This document shows, one piece after another, positions 38,090-50,139 of a stretch of 64,000 nt of DNA; position 1 is the first letter of the stretch; each line of letters starts with the position of its first letter. The notes beneath the pieces are model-generated. The model had not been told where the DNA came from and did no database searches. It saw only the letters and a program-made list of their open reading frames with translations. Made by a program: the position numbers and the translations under genes. The DNA is taken from NCBI RefSeq assembly GCF_006345805.1, contig NW_021833268.1:13923-77922 (forward strand), in the 5' to 3' direction. This stretch comes from Octopus sinensis. Lineage: Eukaryota.

Positions 38090-38315
38090 TTGTACATTAT
38101 TTACATTATTTACAATTGACGGATATTTGTCCTCATCTTGTTTGTTGTTAACACAACGTTTCGGCTGATATACTCTCCAGCCTTCATCAGGTGTCTTGGA
38201 GAAATTTCGAACCTGGGTTCTCATTCAATATGGCATAGTGGTTAAGAGCGCGGGCTACTAACCCCAAGATTCCAAATTCGATTCCAGGCAGGGACTTGAA
38301 TAAATAATAATGATG

Positions 38316-38349
<34 letters not shown>

Positions 38350-38377
38350 TAATATCAAAAAATATCTTAGGAACGAG
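38090..38377 (-). mobile_element. Family F SINE with an inverted 5' half
   Basis: 3' half on minus (38090-38226); tRNA head plus (TAA)n on plus (38229-38377); both halves end at the (g)aatgag breakpoint. Confidence 0.85.
38150..38195 (-). ncRNA. Minimal type I hammerhead ribozyme, PLE type
   Basis: rc = GACAC-CUGAUGA-A-GGCUG-gagaguauau-CAGCC-GAAA-CGU-U-GUGUU: intact core, palindromic ACGU stem III, GUU cleavage triplet, 5-bp stem I. Confidence 0.75.
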
Positions 38378-38524
38378 TAGCTTGCTTATGAACCACATGG
38401 TTCCGGGTTCAGTCCCACTGTATGGCACCTTGGGCAAGTGTCTTCTACTATAGCCTCGGGCCGCCCAAAGCCTTGTGATTTGGTAGGCAAAAACTGAAAG
38501 AATCCAGTCATATATATGTATGTT

Positions 38525-38575
<51 letters not shown>

Positions 38576-38820
38576 TTATATATATATATATGTATGTGTG
38601 TGTTTGTGTGTTTGTGTTTGTCCCCCCAACATCGCTTGACAACTGACGCTGAGGTGTTTACATCCCCATAACTTAGCAGTTCGGCAAAAGAGACCGACAG
38701 AATAAGTACTAGGCTTACAAAGAATACGTCCTGGGGTCGATTTGCTCGACTAAAAGCGGTGCTCTAGCATGGCCACAATCACATGACTGAAACAAGTAAA
38801 AGAGTAAAATAGTAAAGAGT
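38378..38820 (+). mobile_element. SINE family A
   Basis: Head, internal (TA)n and tail. Confidence 0.9.
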
Positions 38821-38926
38821 ATAGTCATTCAGAAGTTGTGTCTGATATATATATATATTTGTTTGTCCAAAATCTCATACAATCACATGTGATATAATTT
38901 GGTTTTCCTCCTAGATGGAGACAAAC

Positions 38927-40540
38927 ACTTTCATCCCATGTGACAGGATTATTAAATGTTTAGAGATATCTCTCTTAACATGAAACCAATGGTAGCCTGG
39001 CTAACCCACGAATAAAGAATACCCATGCACCAACGTGGTGCTGGGCACTCATTCTATCTGTTCAATATTACTGTGCTAACCCTTCCGGTGTTCTCAAATG
39101 CTGGATAAGCACTAAACACAAGCCTAGAATCAAAACAAAACATGGAATCAGAACATCATGGCAGAATATTCTAATACCATCACAGAATGCTTACATCAAG
39201 CATCTCATTGACAAAACAGAAAGCATCCTGAGGGTAATGGAATAAAAGGCCCACTTGTTCGATAAAGGTATGTCCGGCCCTTGTTCAGAGGATAGTTGCA
39301 GTTTCCAACCTACCCTATGATAAATCCACTTTTACAAAAGCTGCTGCATTGAAGTGATATTGTGATACTGCCACAGTTTACTTGAATGGCATCGTAAGGT
39401 TCATATCCATTTCTTTACTACCCACAAGGGGCTAAACATAGAGGCGATAAACAAGGACAGACAAACGGATTAAGTCGATTATATCGACCCCAGTGCGTAA
39501 CTGGTACTTAATTTATTGAGCCCGAAAGTTACAGTTTCCAACCTATCCTATGATAAATCCACTTTTACAAAGGCTGTCGCGTTCTACAATGTCACAATAG
39601 AAACGATCAACTTTAAAAGAAGCATAAATTATATCGAACCAAATGTAGGTAAACCAACAAGATTCAGGCAAAGGAACATTTTATAACACAATCACCCATA
39701 TTGTATGAACGTAGCCACTGACCTAGCTAGATAATTCTTACAACTAAAAGGCAACCACTTCCCACACTCACATAAATACAGGATATTCAATAGAAATACA
39801 GTAAAAGTAAGCTATAGTTGCCTCCCCAATACAGGATGGATTATATTCAACCACGTGGTAAGTAGCTTGCTAAACAACCACATGGTTCCGGGTTCAGTCC
39901 CACTGCGTGGCATCTTGGGCAAGTGTCTTCTGCTATAGCCCTGGGCCGACCAATGCCTTGTGAGTGGATTTGGTAGACGGAAACTGAAAGAAGCCTGTCG
40001 TATATATGTATATATATATGTATGTGTGTGTTTGTGTGTCTGTGTTTGTCCCTCTAGCATTGCTTGACAACCGATGCTGGTGTGTTTACGTCCGCATCAC
40101 TTAGCGGTTCGGCAAAAGAGACCGATAGAATAAGTACTGGGCTTACAAAGAATAAGTCCCGGGGTCGATTTGCTCGACTAAAGACGGTGCTCCAGCATGG
40201 CCACAGTCAAATGACTGAAACAAGTAAAAGAGTAAAGAGTAATAAAAATAACAATATTTGGAATACACCCGAAAGACCATGTAACTAGATCTCCAATAGC
40301 TGTTCCTTGAACAACAGATGCCTGGTGTAGGAACCAGGCTATCATCACAGATTTGAATGAAGTAACAAAAACATATATTAGAATGATGGGAAACACCTTT
40401 AAAGAAAGATATATGCAGTATTTGGTTTCATTCAGAACGCAAACAAAAACACACAGCATCCTATCTAATATGATATGGACACTGACGGAGAAACATTTCA
40501 GCTGAAGAGGCATCTCACTCAAGTAGCTCAACTGAGGTTA
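38927..40540 (+). pseudogene. Second Penelope-like element remnant (Naiad/Chlamys-like): leader, N-terminus, linker and GIY-YIG
   Basis: QNILIPSQNAYIKHLIDKTESILRVME*KAHLF (39165-39265), RQRNIL*HNHPYCMNVATD...[16 protein letters not shown] (39666-39822), YI.MMGNTFKERY...SFR...LSNMIWTL (40375-40485). Interrupted by B and A SINEs. Confidence 0.75.
39855..40230 (+). mobile_element. SINE family A inside the PLE remnant
   Basis: Matches the family A copies. Confidence 0.9.
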
Positions 40541-41319
40541 ACAGCAGCAGAAACACCAACGCCCATTATATAGACAGAATGATCCAAATATTCCCCAAAT
40601 GTTCAAATCAAGAGTTGAAAACCATCTGCATTAACTTTGTTATGTCAACAGGCTTGATGCTTGGGACCCACAAGTGAATAAAGCAAAGCCCACCCAATGG
40701 ATTTCCATCTGTGCTTCATTGCAGAAACATGAACAGTGACAGGGGACAAAAAAAAAACAGATTGTCTACAACAATGTGAAATGCATACGATCAGTTGGGG
40801 CGGGGGAAATATGCAAATCACTGCAAACAGTACAACCTTCTTCAGGACTTAATCTGAAGAAAGTTTAATAATGGAAGGCAAGGTTTATGATATCGGAGGA
40901 ATATCATCCCTTTCCATCATTCTTCTTGTTCTTTATGTAGTTCAGGCTTTCGGCAGGTGAAGAGAAAAGACTTCAAGCACAAATGCTATTTACAACTGGT
41001 TTATTTACAGGAAAGGTGAAGTGTGCTGCTCTCAGCTACCATCCTAAGCTCCGAATAGTGCGGTCGCATTGCCTCTGGAGATAGACAGGCAGAAAGCCTC
41101 AGCCTGTGTTGGTGTTCAGCCAGTGCTGCTGTGTAGTGGCGCTAACAGAGAAAAGACAGAACTGAATCGGTTTTCTGTCTACATCATTTCCCATTATGAG
41201 CCTCGTTGTGATCTCGCGCATGGCAAATGGATGCAGGTGAGGTCTTGCTCCAGTCTCGGAGATACCAATGGCTGCTGCGAGATCTCATCCAATATGGCGC
41301 TGGCTGTTTGTGCCGCTAC

Positions 41320-42062
41320 AAAGGTTATGCTCTCAATTTGGAGGGATTGGAAGGGCGTTGCTTTTTATGATCTTCTTCCCATGGACAAGATTATCAGGTC
41401 AGATGTTTACTGTGATCAGGTGGAGAGATTAAATGCAGCAATCCACATGAAGCATCCAGTACTTGCTAATCATAAATGCATTGTCTTTCATCATGACAAC
41501 GTCCATCTACACCAGTGGTTTTCAACCAGGGTTCCGCGGAACCTTAGGGTTCCGCCAGTACAGTGAAGGAGTTCCGCAAGAAGTTACAAAACTGCTAAAA
41601 TCGGCAGTAATTTTTAAGTCTCCTGTGCAGATATGTGTACATAAGACTATTAAATTATTGCACAGGGTTTCCTCGAGCCAGAGGAATGTTTCCTTGGGGT
41701 TCCGCTCCAGCAAAAAGTTTGAAAAGCACTGATCTACACACTTCTTTGCAGACATGGCAGAAGTCACTGGGGCTTGACTAGGAAGTTTTACTGCACCCTC
41801 CATTTTAACCTGACCTTGCACCTGTTTCAGTTTCTTCAAAATTCATTGAATGGACTGACCTTCAACTCTTACGAGGATGTAAAAATTTACCTGGAAGAGT
41901 TTTCAACTGTAATGACAGGAAATAATGAATCTGCTGACAAGATGGAAGATGATACTGGAATGAAACACTAATTATACCATTGATTGAATAAATGACTTTG
42001 TATATAAACTTGTGACTTATATTCACTTACAAAGTTGAACGAACTTTTTGATCAACGCATTA
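41320..42062 (+). pseudogene. Mariner transposase remnant with 3' TIR-like end
   Basis: KVMLSIWRDWKGV...IVFHHDN, interrupted by a hAT MITE, then LHPPF*PDLAP; end cgaactttttgatcaacgcatta. Confidence 0.8.
41513..41731. mobile_element. hAT-type MITE
   Basis: 8-bp TSD atctacac (41505-41512, 41732-41739); termini cagtggttttcaa / ttgaaaagcactg. Confidence 0.92.
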
Positions 42063-42084
42063 GAAAAAAAAATTGATAGTGAGG

Positions 42085-43309
42085 CGCAGGAGTGGCTGTG
42101 TGGTAAGTAGCTTGCTTACCAGCCATATGGTTCCGGGTTCAGTCCCACTGCGTGGCATCTTGGGCAAGTGTCTTCTGCTATAGCCCCGGGCCGACCAATA
42201 CCTTGTGAGTGGATTTGGTAGACGGAAACTGAAAGAAGCCTGTCGTATATATGTATATATGTATGTGTGTGTGTGTTTGTGTGTCTGTGCTTGTCCCCCT
42301 AGCATTGCTTTACAACCGATGCTGGTGTGTTTACGTCCCCGTAACTTAGTGGTTCGGCAAAAGAGACCGATAGAATAAGTACTGGGCTTACAAAGAATAA
42401 GTCCCGGGGTCGATTTGCTCGACTAAAGGCGGTGCTCCAGCATGGCCACAGTCAAATGACTGAAACAAGTAAAAGAGTAAAAGAGTAAATACCAAACTGG
42501 TATAAGGGCTGGAGAAGATATGACCATCCAGAACCTTGATTGAAATGCCCCAGCATGACCAAAATCCATTGATAGAAACCAGTAAAAGAATAAAAAACAT
42601 TTACAACCATTATCAATATTCTTGGAGGCAGTCAACAACAAAGTGTATGAAAAACTTGATGAAGAGTTGAAGCCTTCAGCAGTGAGCTGGCAATCCATTA
42701 AGATTACACACTACTTGAAAGAATTTACAAGAAAAACTGACCCAAGAATAAACTGTCTTTGTTCATTTGACCTCACTAAATAGTTAAATGATAGATTTTC
42801 ATTTCTATGAAGGATGGTGTGTAAACAATTTAAAAGTATCAGTAACTGATGCAAGTAAATTCTGCATTTGAATTCTGAAAACTAAAGCACCGCTAATTAC
42901 AAACATATTAAAGTAGACTAATTGCTTGTGGGACGTTTCTACATCTGCTGTAGAGAAAACAGATATTGGAATATCAGCTTTCGTGAACTGAATGACAATT
43001 ACAGTCAAAACAATCAAATGGTTACATCGGTTAATGTTTTGATGAATTTAAGATATTAGCAATCGCTAAGAACAAATTGTAAGGTCATGTTCACAACAAA
43101 ACTAACTCTCTCTTTTACTCTTTTACTTGTTTCAGTCATTTTACTGCGGCCATGCTGGAGCACCGCCTTTAGTCGAGCAAATCGACCCCAGGACTTATTC
43201 TTTGTAAGCCCAGTACTTATTCTATCGGTCTCTTTTGCCGAACCGCTAAGTTACGGGGACGTAAACATACCAGCATCAGTTGTCAAGCAATGCTAGGGGG
43301 ACAAGCACA

Positions 43310-43381
<72 letters not shown>

Positions 43382-45190
43382 TACGACAGGCTTCTTTCAG
43401 TTTCTGTCTACCAAATCCACTCACAAGGCTTTGGTCGACCCGGGGCTATAGCAGAAGACACTTGCCCAAGGTGCCATGCAGTGGGACTGAACCCGGAACC
43501 ATGTGGTTGGTTAGCAAGCTACTTACCACACAGCCACTCCTGTGCCTAAGTGATAGATTTGTTAACACATCAGAGCAAATGCTTTTCAGTATTTTCTGGG
43601 CTCTTTATATTCTGAATTCAAATTCTGCTGGGGTCAACTTTGTCTTTCCCACCTCTTGGGTCAGATGATATCAACTAACCCACTTACCCCCAAATTGCTG
43701 GCCTTGTGCCTAAATTAGAAACAATATTATTACTCCAGGGAAGGCAGTGAGCTGGTGGAATCGTTAACATGCCAGGCAAAATGCTAAGAGGTATTTCACT
43801 CATCAAAAGGCAGCGAGCTGGCAGAATTGTTAGCACGCCGGGTGAAATGCATAGACGTATTTTGTCTGTCGTTACGTTGTGAGTTTGAATTCCGCCGAGG
43901 TTGACTTTGCCTTTCATCCTTTCGGGGTCGATAAATTAAGTACCAGTTACGCACTGGGGTCGATGTAATCGACTTAATACCTATGTCTGTCCTTGTTTGT
44001 CCCCTCTATGTTTAGCCCCTTGTGGGTAATAAAGAAATAGGTATTTCACTCATCTTTATGTTCTGAGTTCAAATTCTGCCAAGGTTGACTTTGCCTTTCA
44101 TCCTTCAGGTGTCAATAAAATAAGTAACAGTTGAGTACTGGGGTCGGTGTAATTGATTTACCCACTTCCTTGAAATTGCTGGCCTTGTGCCTGAATGTGA
44201 AACCAATATTGTTATTCCAGGAGTCCATTTTACTTGCATTTAAACTCTTCAGTACTCAGGCATTCAATGCTTTCCTGGTCAGCCACACTGGTCAATCTAT
44301 CACCAATCACATTACTCTTACTCTTTTACTCTTTTACTTGTTTCAGTCATTCGACTGCGGCCATGCTGGAGCACCGCCTTTAGTCGAGCAACTCGACCCC
44401 GGGACTTATTCTTTATAAGCCCAGTACTTATTCTATCGGTCTCTTTTGCCGAACCGCTAAGTGACGGGGACGTAAACACACCAGCATCGGTTGTCAAGCA
44501 ATGCTAGGGGAACAAACACAGACACGCAAACACACACACACATATGTATATATACATATATACGACAGGCTTCTTTCAGTTTCCGTCTACCAAATCCACT
44601 CACAAGGCATTGGTCGGCCCGGGGCTATAGCAGAAGACACTTTCCCAAGATGCCACGCAGTGGGACTGAACCCGGAACCATGTGGCTGGTTAGCAAGCTA
44701 CTTACCACACAGCCACTCCTGCGCCTAGGTTTGTGGAAAAACCAACCACTCAGCATTTACCTATAAAAAGAATATGCATTTAATTCAACAAAGGCGCAGG
44801 CGTAGCTGTGTGGTAAGTAGCTTGTTTACCAACCACATGGTTCCGGGTTCAGTCCCACAGTGTGGCACCTTGGGCAAGTGTCTTCTACTATAGCCTCGGG
44901 CCGACCAAAGCCTTGTGAGTGGATTTGGTAGACGGAAACTGAAAGAAGCCTGTCGTATATATGTATACATATGTATGCGTGTGTGTGTTTGTGTGTCTGT
45001 GTTTGTTCCCCTAGCATTGCTTGGTGTGTTTATGTCCCCATTACTTAGCGGTTCGGCAAAAGAGACCGATCGAATAAGTATTGGTTCTTACAAAAGAATA
45101 AGTCTCGGGGTCGAGTTGCTTGATTAAAGGCGGCGCTCCAGCATGGCCGCAGTCAAATGACAGAAACAACTAAAATAGTAAAATAGTAAA
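42085..45190. mobile_element. Cluster of SINE A copies (42085-42490 +, 43100-43527 -, 44310-44727 -, 44792-45190 +) plus a B copy (43805-44160 +)
   Basis: Direct matches to the family sequences. Confidence 0.9.
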
Positions 45191-45265
45191 AGATTTTATT
45201 CCTATCACTGACCACTTTATTTCTACTATAAGAGAAACAACAGCTAGTGAAGGTGCTTCAGTCAA

Positions 45266-45738
45266 GGATATGAACCTTACGATGCCATTCAAGTAAACTG
45301 TGGCAGTATCACAATATCACTTCAATGCAGCAGCTTTTGTAAAAGTGGATTTATTATAGGGTAGGTTGGAAACTGCAACTATCCTCTGAACAAGGGCCTT
45401 TATCGAACAAGTGGGCCTTTTATTCCATTACCCTCAGGATGCTTTCTGTTTTGTCAATGAGATGCTTGATGTAAGCATTCTGTGATGGTATTAGAATATT
45501 CTGCCATGATGTTCTGATTCCATGTTTTGTTTTGATTCTAGGCTTGTGTTTAGTGCTTATCCAGCATTTGAGAACACCGGAAGGGTTAGCACAGTAATAT
45601 TGAACAGATAGAATGAGTGCCCAGCACCACGTTGGTGCATGGGTATTCTTTATTCGTGGGTTAGCCAGGCTACCATTGGTTTCATGTTAAGAGAGATATC
45701 TCTAAACATTTAACAATCCTGTCACATGGGATGAAAGT
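45266..45738 (-). repeat. Near-identical inverted copy of 38927-39408 (PLE 5' region)
   Basis: rc aligns over about 480 bp with a few substitutions and one short indel. Confidence 0.95.
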
Positions 45739-46053
45739 CTCATCAACTGCAATTAGTTTGTTCCTACATAGGTTTCTATGGCCAGTAGTTCTTGGGTTTC
45801 TGAGGCTTCCCTAAGACAGCACCAAGAGAATCATAAGATGGAAGAAAAAGAGACTCCACAAACACATTTTAAATTTGAGTCTAGTCAAAATGTAGCTGGA
45901 GAATGCAGAAGAGAAGGACATGAATGTTGACTAAAATACAAACCTAAAATCTATGCAATATCACCGTTAAAGCCACAGAAACATTTGGTATTAGTACCAC
46001 TATGAGGTGGAAAAAGTTGTCAACAAACGGCCTGACAACATTTCCTGCATTGT

Positions 46054-46439
46054 GTGGAAGCACTCCGTCAGTTATGACGATGAGGGTTCCAGTTGATCCG
46101 AATCAACGGAACAGCCTGCTCGTGAAACTAACGTGTAAGTGGCTGAGCACTCCACAGACACGTGTACCCTTAACGTAGTTCTTGGGGATATTCAGCGTGA
46201 CACAGAGAGTGACAAGGCCGGCCCCTTGAAATACAGGTACAACAGAAACAGGAAGTAAGAGTGAGAGAAAGTTGTGGTGAAAGAGTACAGCAGGGATCAC
46301 CACCATCCCCTGCCAGAGCCTCGTGGAGCTTTAGGTGTTTTCGCTCAATAAACACTCACAACGCCCGGTCTGGGAATCGAAACCGCGATCCTATGACCGT
46401 GAGTCCGCTGCCCTAACCACTGGGCCATTGCGCCTCCAC
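46054..46439 (-). mobile_element. SINE with family C head and the tail used by family D
   Basis: 11-bp TSD tcctgcattgt (46043-46053, 46440-46450). Confidence 0.92.
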
Positions 46440-46769
46440 TCCTGCATTGTAAGGGTATTATTAATACTTAATTTATCTGCTGTTTTAATGGTGATAATGT
46501 GTTTGAAAATATCACTTTCTTGTCTGTATCGTACAATAAACATTCAACAATTTATAAAAAACAAATGTAAGTTTGGAAATATTAAATTTCTGGATATCTC
46601 ATAGAGATATGTACGGTGGTGGGGCGATAGAATGGTTGTATACTGTTAATTTAACGTGACAGTAGGGGATTACACCACCGCTGTTTAGCCCTAGGAAGCA
46701 TCAACGCTTCCTGATGGCTTTGACACATTTTTTCCTGTGTCCTTATATATTTACGAAGGAAAGACAAAT

Positions 46770-46922
46770 ATAGTGGCTGTGTGGTAAGTAGCTTGCTAAC
46801 CAACCACATGGTTCCGGGTTCAGTCCCACTGCGTGGCACCTTGGGCAAGTGTCTTCTACTATAGCCTCGGGCCGACCAAAGCATTATGAGTGGATTTGGT
46901 AGACTGAAAGAAGCCTGTCGTG

Positions 46923-46955
<33 letters not shown>

Positions 46956-47185
46956 ATGTGTTTGTGTGTCTGTGTTTGTCCCCCTAGCATTGCTTGACAA
47001 CCGATGCTGGTGTGTTTACGTCCCCATCACTTAGCGGTTCGGCAAAAGACACCGATAGAATAAGTACTAGGCTTACAAAGAATAAGTCCCAGGGTCGATT
47101 TGTTTGACTAAAGGCGATGCTCCAGCATGGCCACAGTCAAATGACTGAAACAAGTAAAAGAGTAAACGAGTAACGAGTAAATGAG
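46770..47185 (+). mobile_element. SINE family A
   Basis: Matches the family A copies. Confidence 0.9.
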
Positions 47186-47949
47186 TATAGAAACTGACCC
47201 TCTTCTTTGATGAGGAAATTTTATTAGATGATGGCATTGGCCAAGCTCTAGAGTATGATGATGATTCAGATTTGAATTTTAGTGGTTTAGAAGATGACAT
47301 TGATGCTGATGGTGACATTATTTCTCCCAAAGAAACACTTGATTTAAAATGAGATTTTCTTTTGTCAACAAAGCCTTGTGAGTGGATTTGGTAGATTTCA
47401 TACTTTTTGGCACATGGCCAATAATTTCAGGGGAGGAATTAAGTTGATTATATTGACTCCAGTGATAGACTGGTACTTATTTTATCGACCGAAAAGGAAG
47501 AAAGGCAAAGTCGACTTTGGCTGAATTTGAACTCAGAATGTAAAGATGAAATGCCACTAAACATTTTGCCTGGTGAGGTCATGATTCTGCCAGCTCACTA
47601 CCTTGATATGACAACATATTGATTCCTGAGGATAAGAATTAAATTCTTTAAACTAAAAATAATCTTGTTAGCTCATTTCATAAGGTCCAGTAAGAAAGTA
47701 AAAAAATTTAAACTTTGCTTTTATATCACCTTTTTTTTTTCCTTTTCTGAAATTGCTTCCAAGAACCAAGAAATCGATTTTGTATTTAATGTTTCTTTAA
47801 GTGCACCTAACTTTTGATAATAAATGTTTGAGAGATTTTATGACCTTTTTTGCAACATAATCTACTGTTCAACAATCCTTTAATAAAATAATACTTTGGT
47901 AAAATCTTTGACTTCTTAAATCTTATGTTGATTCACTGCTCCAGCTACC

Positions 47950-48270
47950 ATTACATGTAAGCCACACTAAATACCCCCTCCAAACAGCAACTTTAGGAGC
48001 TCAGCTACTTGCCCACCTAAACAGATATGCAGTATTAATACCAATGCAGTATTTCAGCCACCATTTCATGTAAGCCACACTAAATACCCCCTCCAAACTG
48101 CAACTTTAGGAGCTCAGCTACTTGCCCACCTAAACAGATATGCAGTATTAATACCAATGCAGTATTTCAGCCACCATTTCATGTAAGCCACACTAAATAC
48201 CCCCTCCAAACTGCAACTTTAGGAGCTCAGATACTTGCCCACCTAAACAGATATGCAATATTAATACCAA
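47950..48270. repeat. Tandem repeat, period 113 bp, about 2.8 copies
   Basis: tgtaagccacactaaatacc at 47956, 48069 and 48182. Confidence 0.92.
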
Positions 48271-48419
48271 AAGTTTGTCTTTTGGTATAAAGACTGGATC
48301 TGTTACTAATACTTAATTTTTAATTAAACCTGTTGGCTATTTGTAACATCAATGCCTAAATGGTTACTGAAATTCTATATATCACTGCTAGTGATATATG
48401 GAATAGTGATATATCACTT

Positions 48420-49062
48420 GACAACCGATGATGATGTATTTACGTCCCCGTAACTTAGCGGTTCGGCATAAGAGACAAATAGAATAAGTACTAGGCTTCC
48501 ATAGAAAAAGTCCTGGGGTCAATTTGCTCAACTAAAAGGTGGTGCTCCAGCATGACCACAGTCAAATGACTGAAACAAGTAAAAGAGTAATATCACAAGG
48601 CTTTGGTTGGCCCGAGGCTATAGTAGAAGACACTTGCCCAAGGTGCCACGCAGTAGGACTGAACCCGTTACCAACCACATGGTTCCAGGTTCAGTCCTAC
48701 TGCGTGGCATCTTGGGCAAGTGTCTTCTACTATAGCCTCAGGCCAACCAAAGCCTTGTGAGTGGATTTGGTAGACGGAAACTGAAAGAAGCCCGTCGTAT
48801 ATATATATATATATATATACATATATGTATGTGTGTGTGTTTGTGTGTCTGTGTTTGTCCCCCTAGCATTGCTTGACAACTGATGCTGGTGTGTTTACAT
48901 CCCCGTCACTTAGCGGTTCGGCAAAAGAGCCCGATAGAATAAGTACTGGGCTTACAAAAGAATAAGTCTCGGGGTCGAGTTGCTCAATTAAAAAAAAAGA
49001 AGGCGGTGCTCCAGCATGCCTACAGTCAAATGACTGAAACAAGTAAAAGAGTAAAAGAGTAA
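48420..49062 (+). mobile_element. SINE A 3' piece followed by an A copy with a foldback of its head
   Basis: Arms at 48593-48665 and 48688-48760. Confidence 0.88.
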
Positions 49063-49095
49063 TACACACACACCACACACACACACACATATATG

Positions 49096-49127
<32 letters not shown>

Positions 49128-49686
49128 TGTATACACAGTGAAACAGACAAACTGATTTTAAAAATTGCACAGAAGGTAGTAATTTTTAAAAATCCCATGG
49201 GAGTGGTGAAAGAGAATACTGGTGGCTACTGCTGTAGTGTAAGATGTGTGTTTTGGCATTGGCTGTTGTTACCTGGATGAATTGGATGTTTTGTCTCAGG
49301 TAAATGAGTGAAATTGCAGGTAGTGTGTGTGTATAGTCTCTTGCATTGAGAAAACTGGCATATTTTGGGGTATCGTGCATTTATAGATTTTCACTTCATT
49401 TACATTTGGCAGATTTATTATGGAGCTGTGAGGTATAGATTTAAATTGAGGTGGACAGGGGTGGAAAGAAAGGCCAGATAGTAGTAGTAGTAGTGGTTAT
49501 GGTTGTAGCAGTAGAATATTATGGCAATGATGATGATGATGGGTCAGTTGTAGTATTAAGAGAAAATGAAGAATATTGGTAGCTGGACAGTGAAGCGCTT
49601 TTCATTGTGGAGTTTAATAAGTCATCAATTGTGTTACTTTTGGGGGTGGTGGCCTTACTGCTGGTCATGCTGTTGCTGTTGTTTGC

Positions 49687-50137
49687 TTCTTCCTTTCTTC
49701 TTCCCTTCTTCTTCTCTTCCTCTTCCTCTTCCTCTTCTTCTTCTTTTCTTCTTTTTCTTCTTTCTTTCTCCTCTTCACTTCCTTCTTCTTTCTTCTTCTT
49801 CTCTTCCTCTTCTTCTTCTTTCTTCTTCTTCTCGTCCCTCTTCTTCTCTTCTTCTTCTTCTTCCTCTTCTTTTTCTTTTTTCTTCTTCTTCTTCTTCCTC
49901 TTCTCTCTTCGTCTTCCTCTTCTCTTCTTCTTCCTCTTCTTCTTCTCCTCTTCTTTGCTTCTTCTTCCTCTTCTTCGTCTTCTCTCTTCTTCTTCTTCTC
50001 CTTCTTTTCTTCTTCTTCTTCCTCTCTTCTTCTTCTTCTTCTTCGTCTTCTCTTTCTTCCTCCTCTTCCTCTTCTTCTTCTTCTTCTTCTTCTTCTTCTT
50101 CTTCTTCTTCTTTTTCTTCTTCTTTTTCTTCTTCTTC
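49687..50137. repeat. Polypyrimidine (CTT/CTC)n tract, about 450 bp
   Basis: Read directly; source of the K/E/R and F/S/L ORFs. Confidence 0.95.
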
Positions 50138-50139
50138 CA

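Noticed and set aside
38229-38300. tRNA genes (here and at other SINE heads such as 11881, 34838 and 55715)
   Set aside because: Boxes A and B are present, but there is no complete cloverleaf or acceptor stem and each continues into a SINE body.
42598-43017. Protein-like open frames on both strands in non-repeat sequence
   Set aside because: No recognisable motif or consistent splice signals, and a length expected by chance. BLASTX would settle it.
45772-45932. Possible host exon (AG-preceded 53-codon frame with SLRQHQENH, zinc-finger-like)
   Set aside because: No Cys pair, it ends in a stop with no donor site, and there is no partner exon; unsupported without RNA data.
47205-47340. Acidic stretch EEILLDDGIGQALEYDDDSDLNFSGLEDDID, like a piggyBac transposase N-terminus
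   Set aside because: Low-complexity resemblance only, with no catalytic region or TIR nearby.
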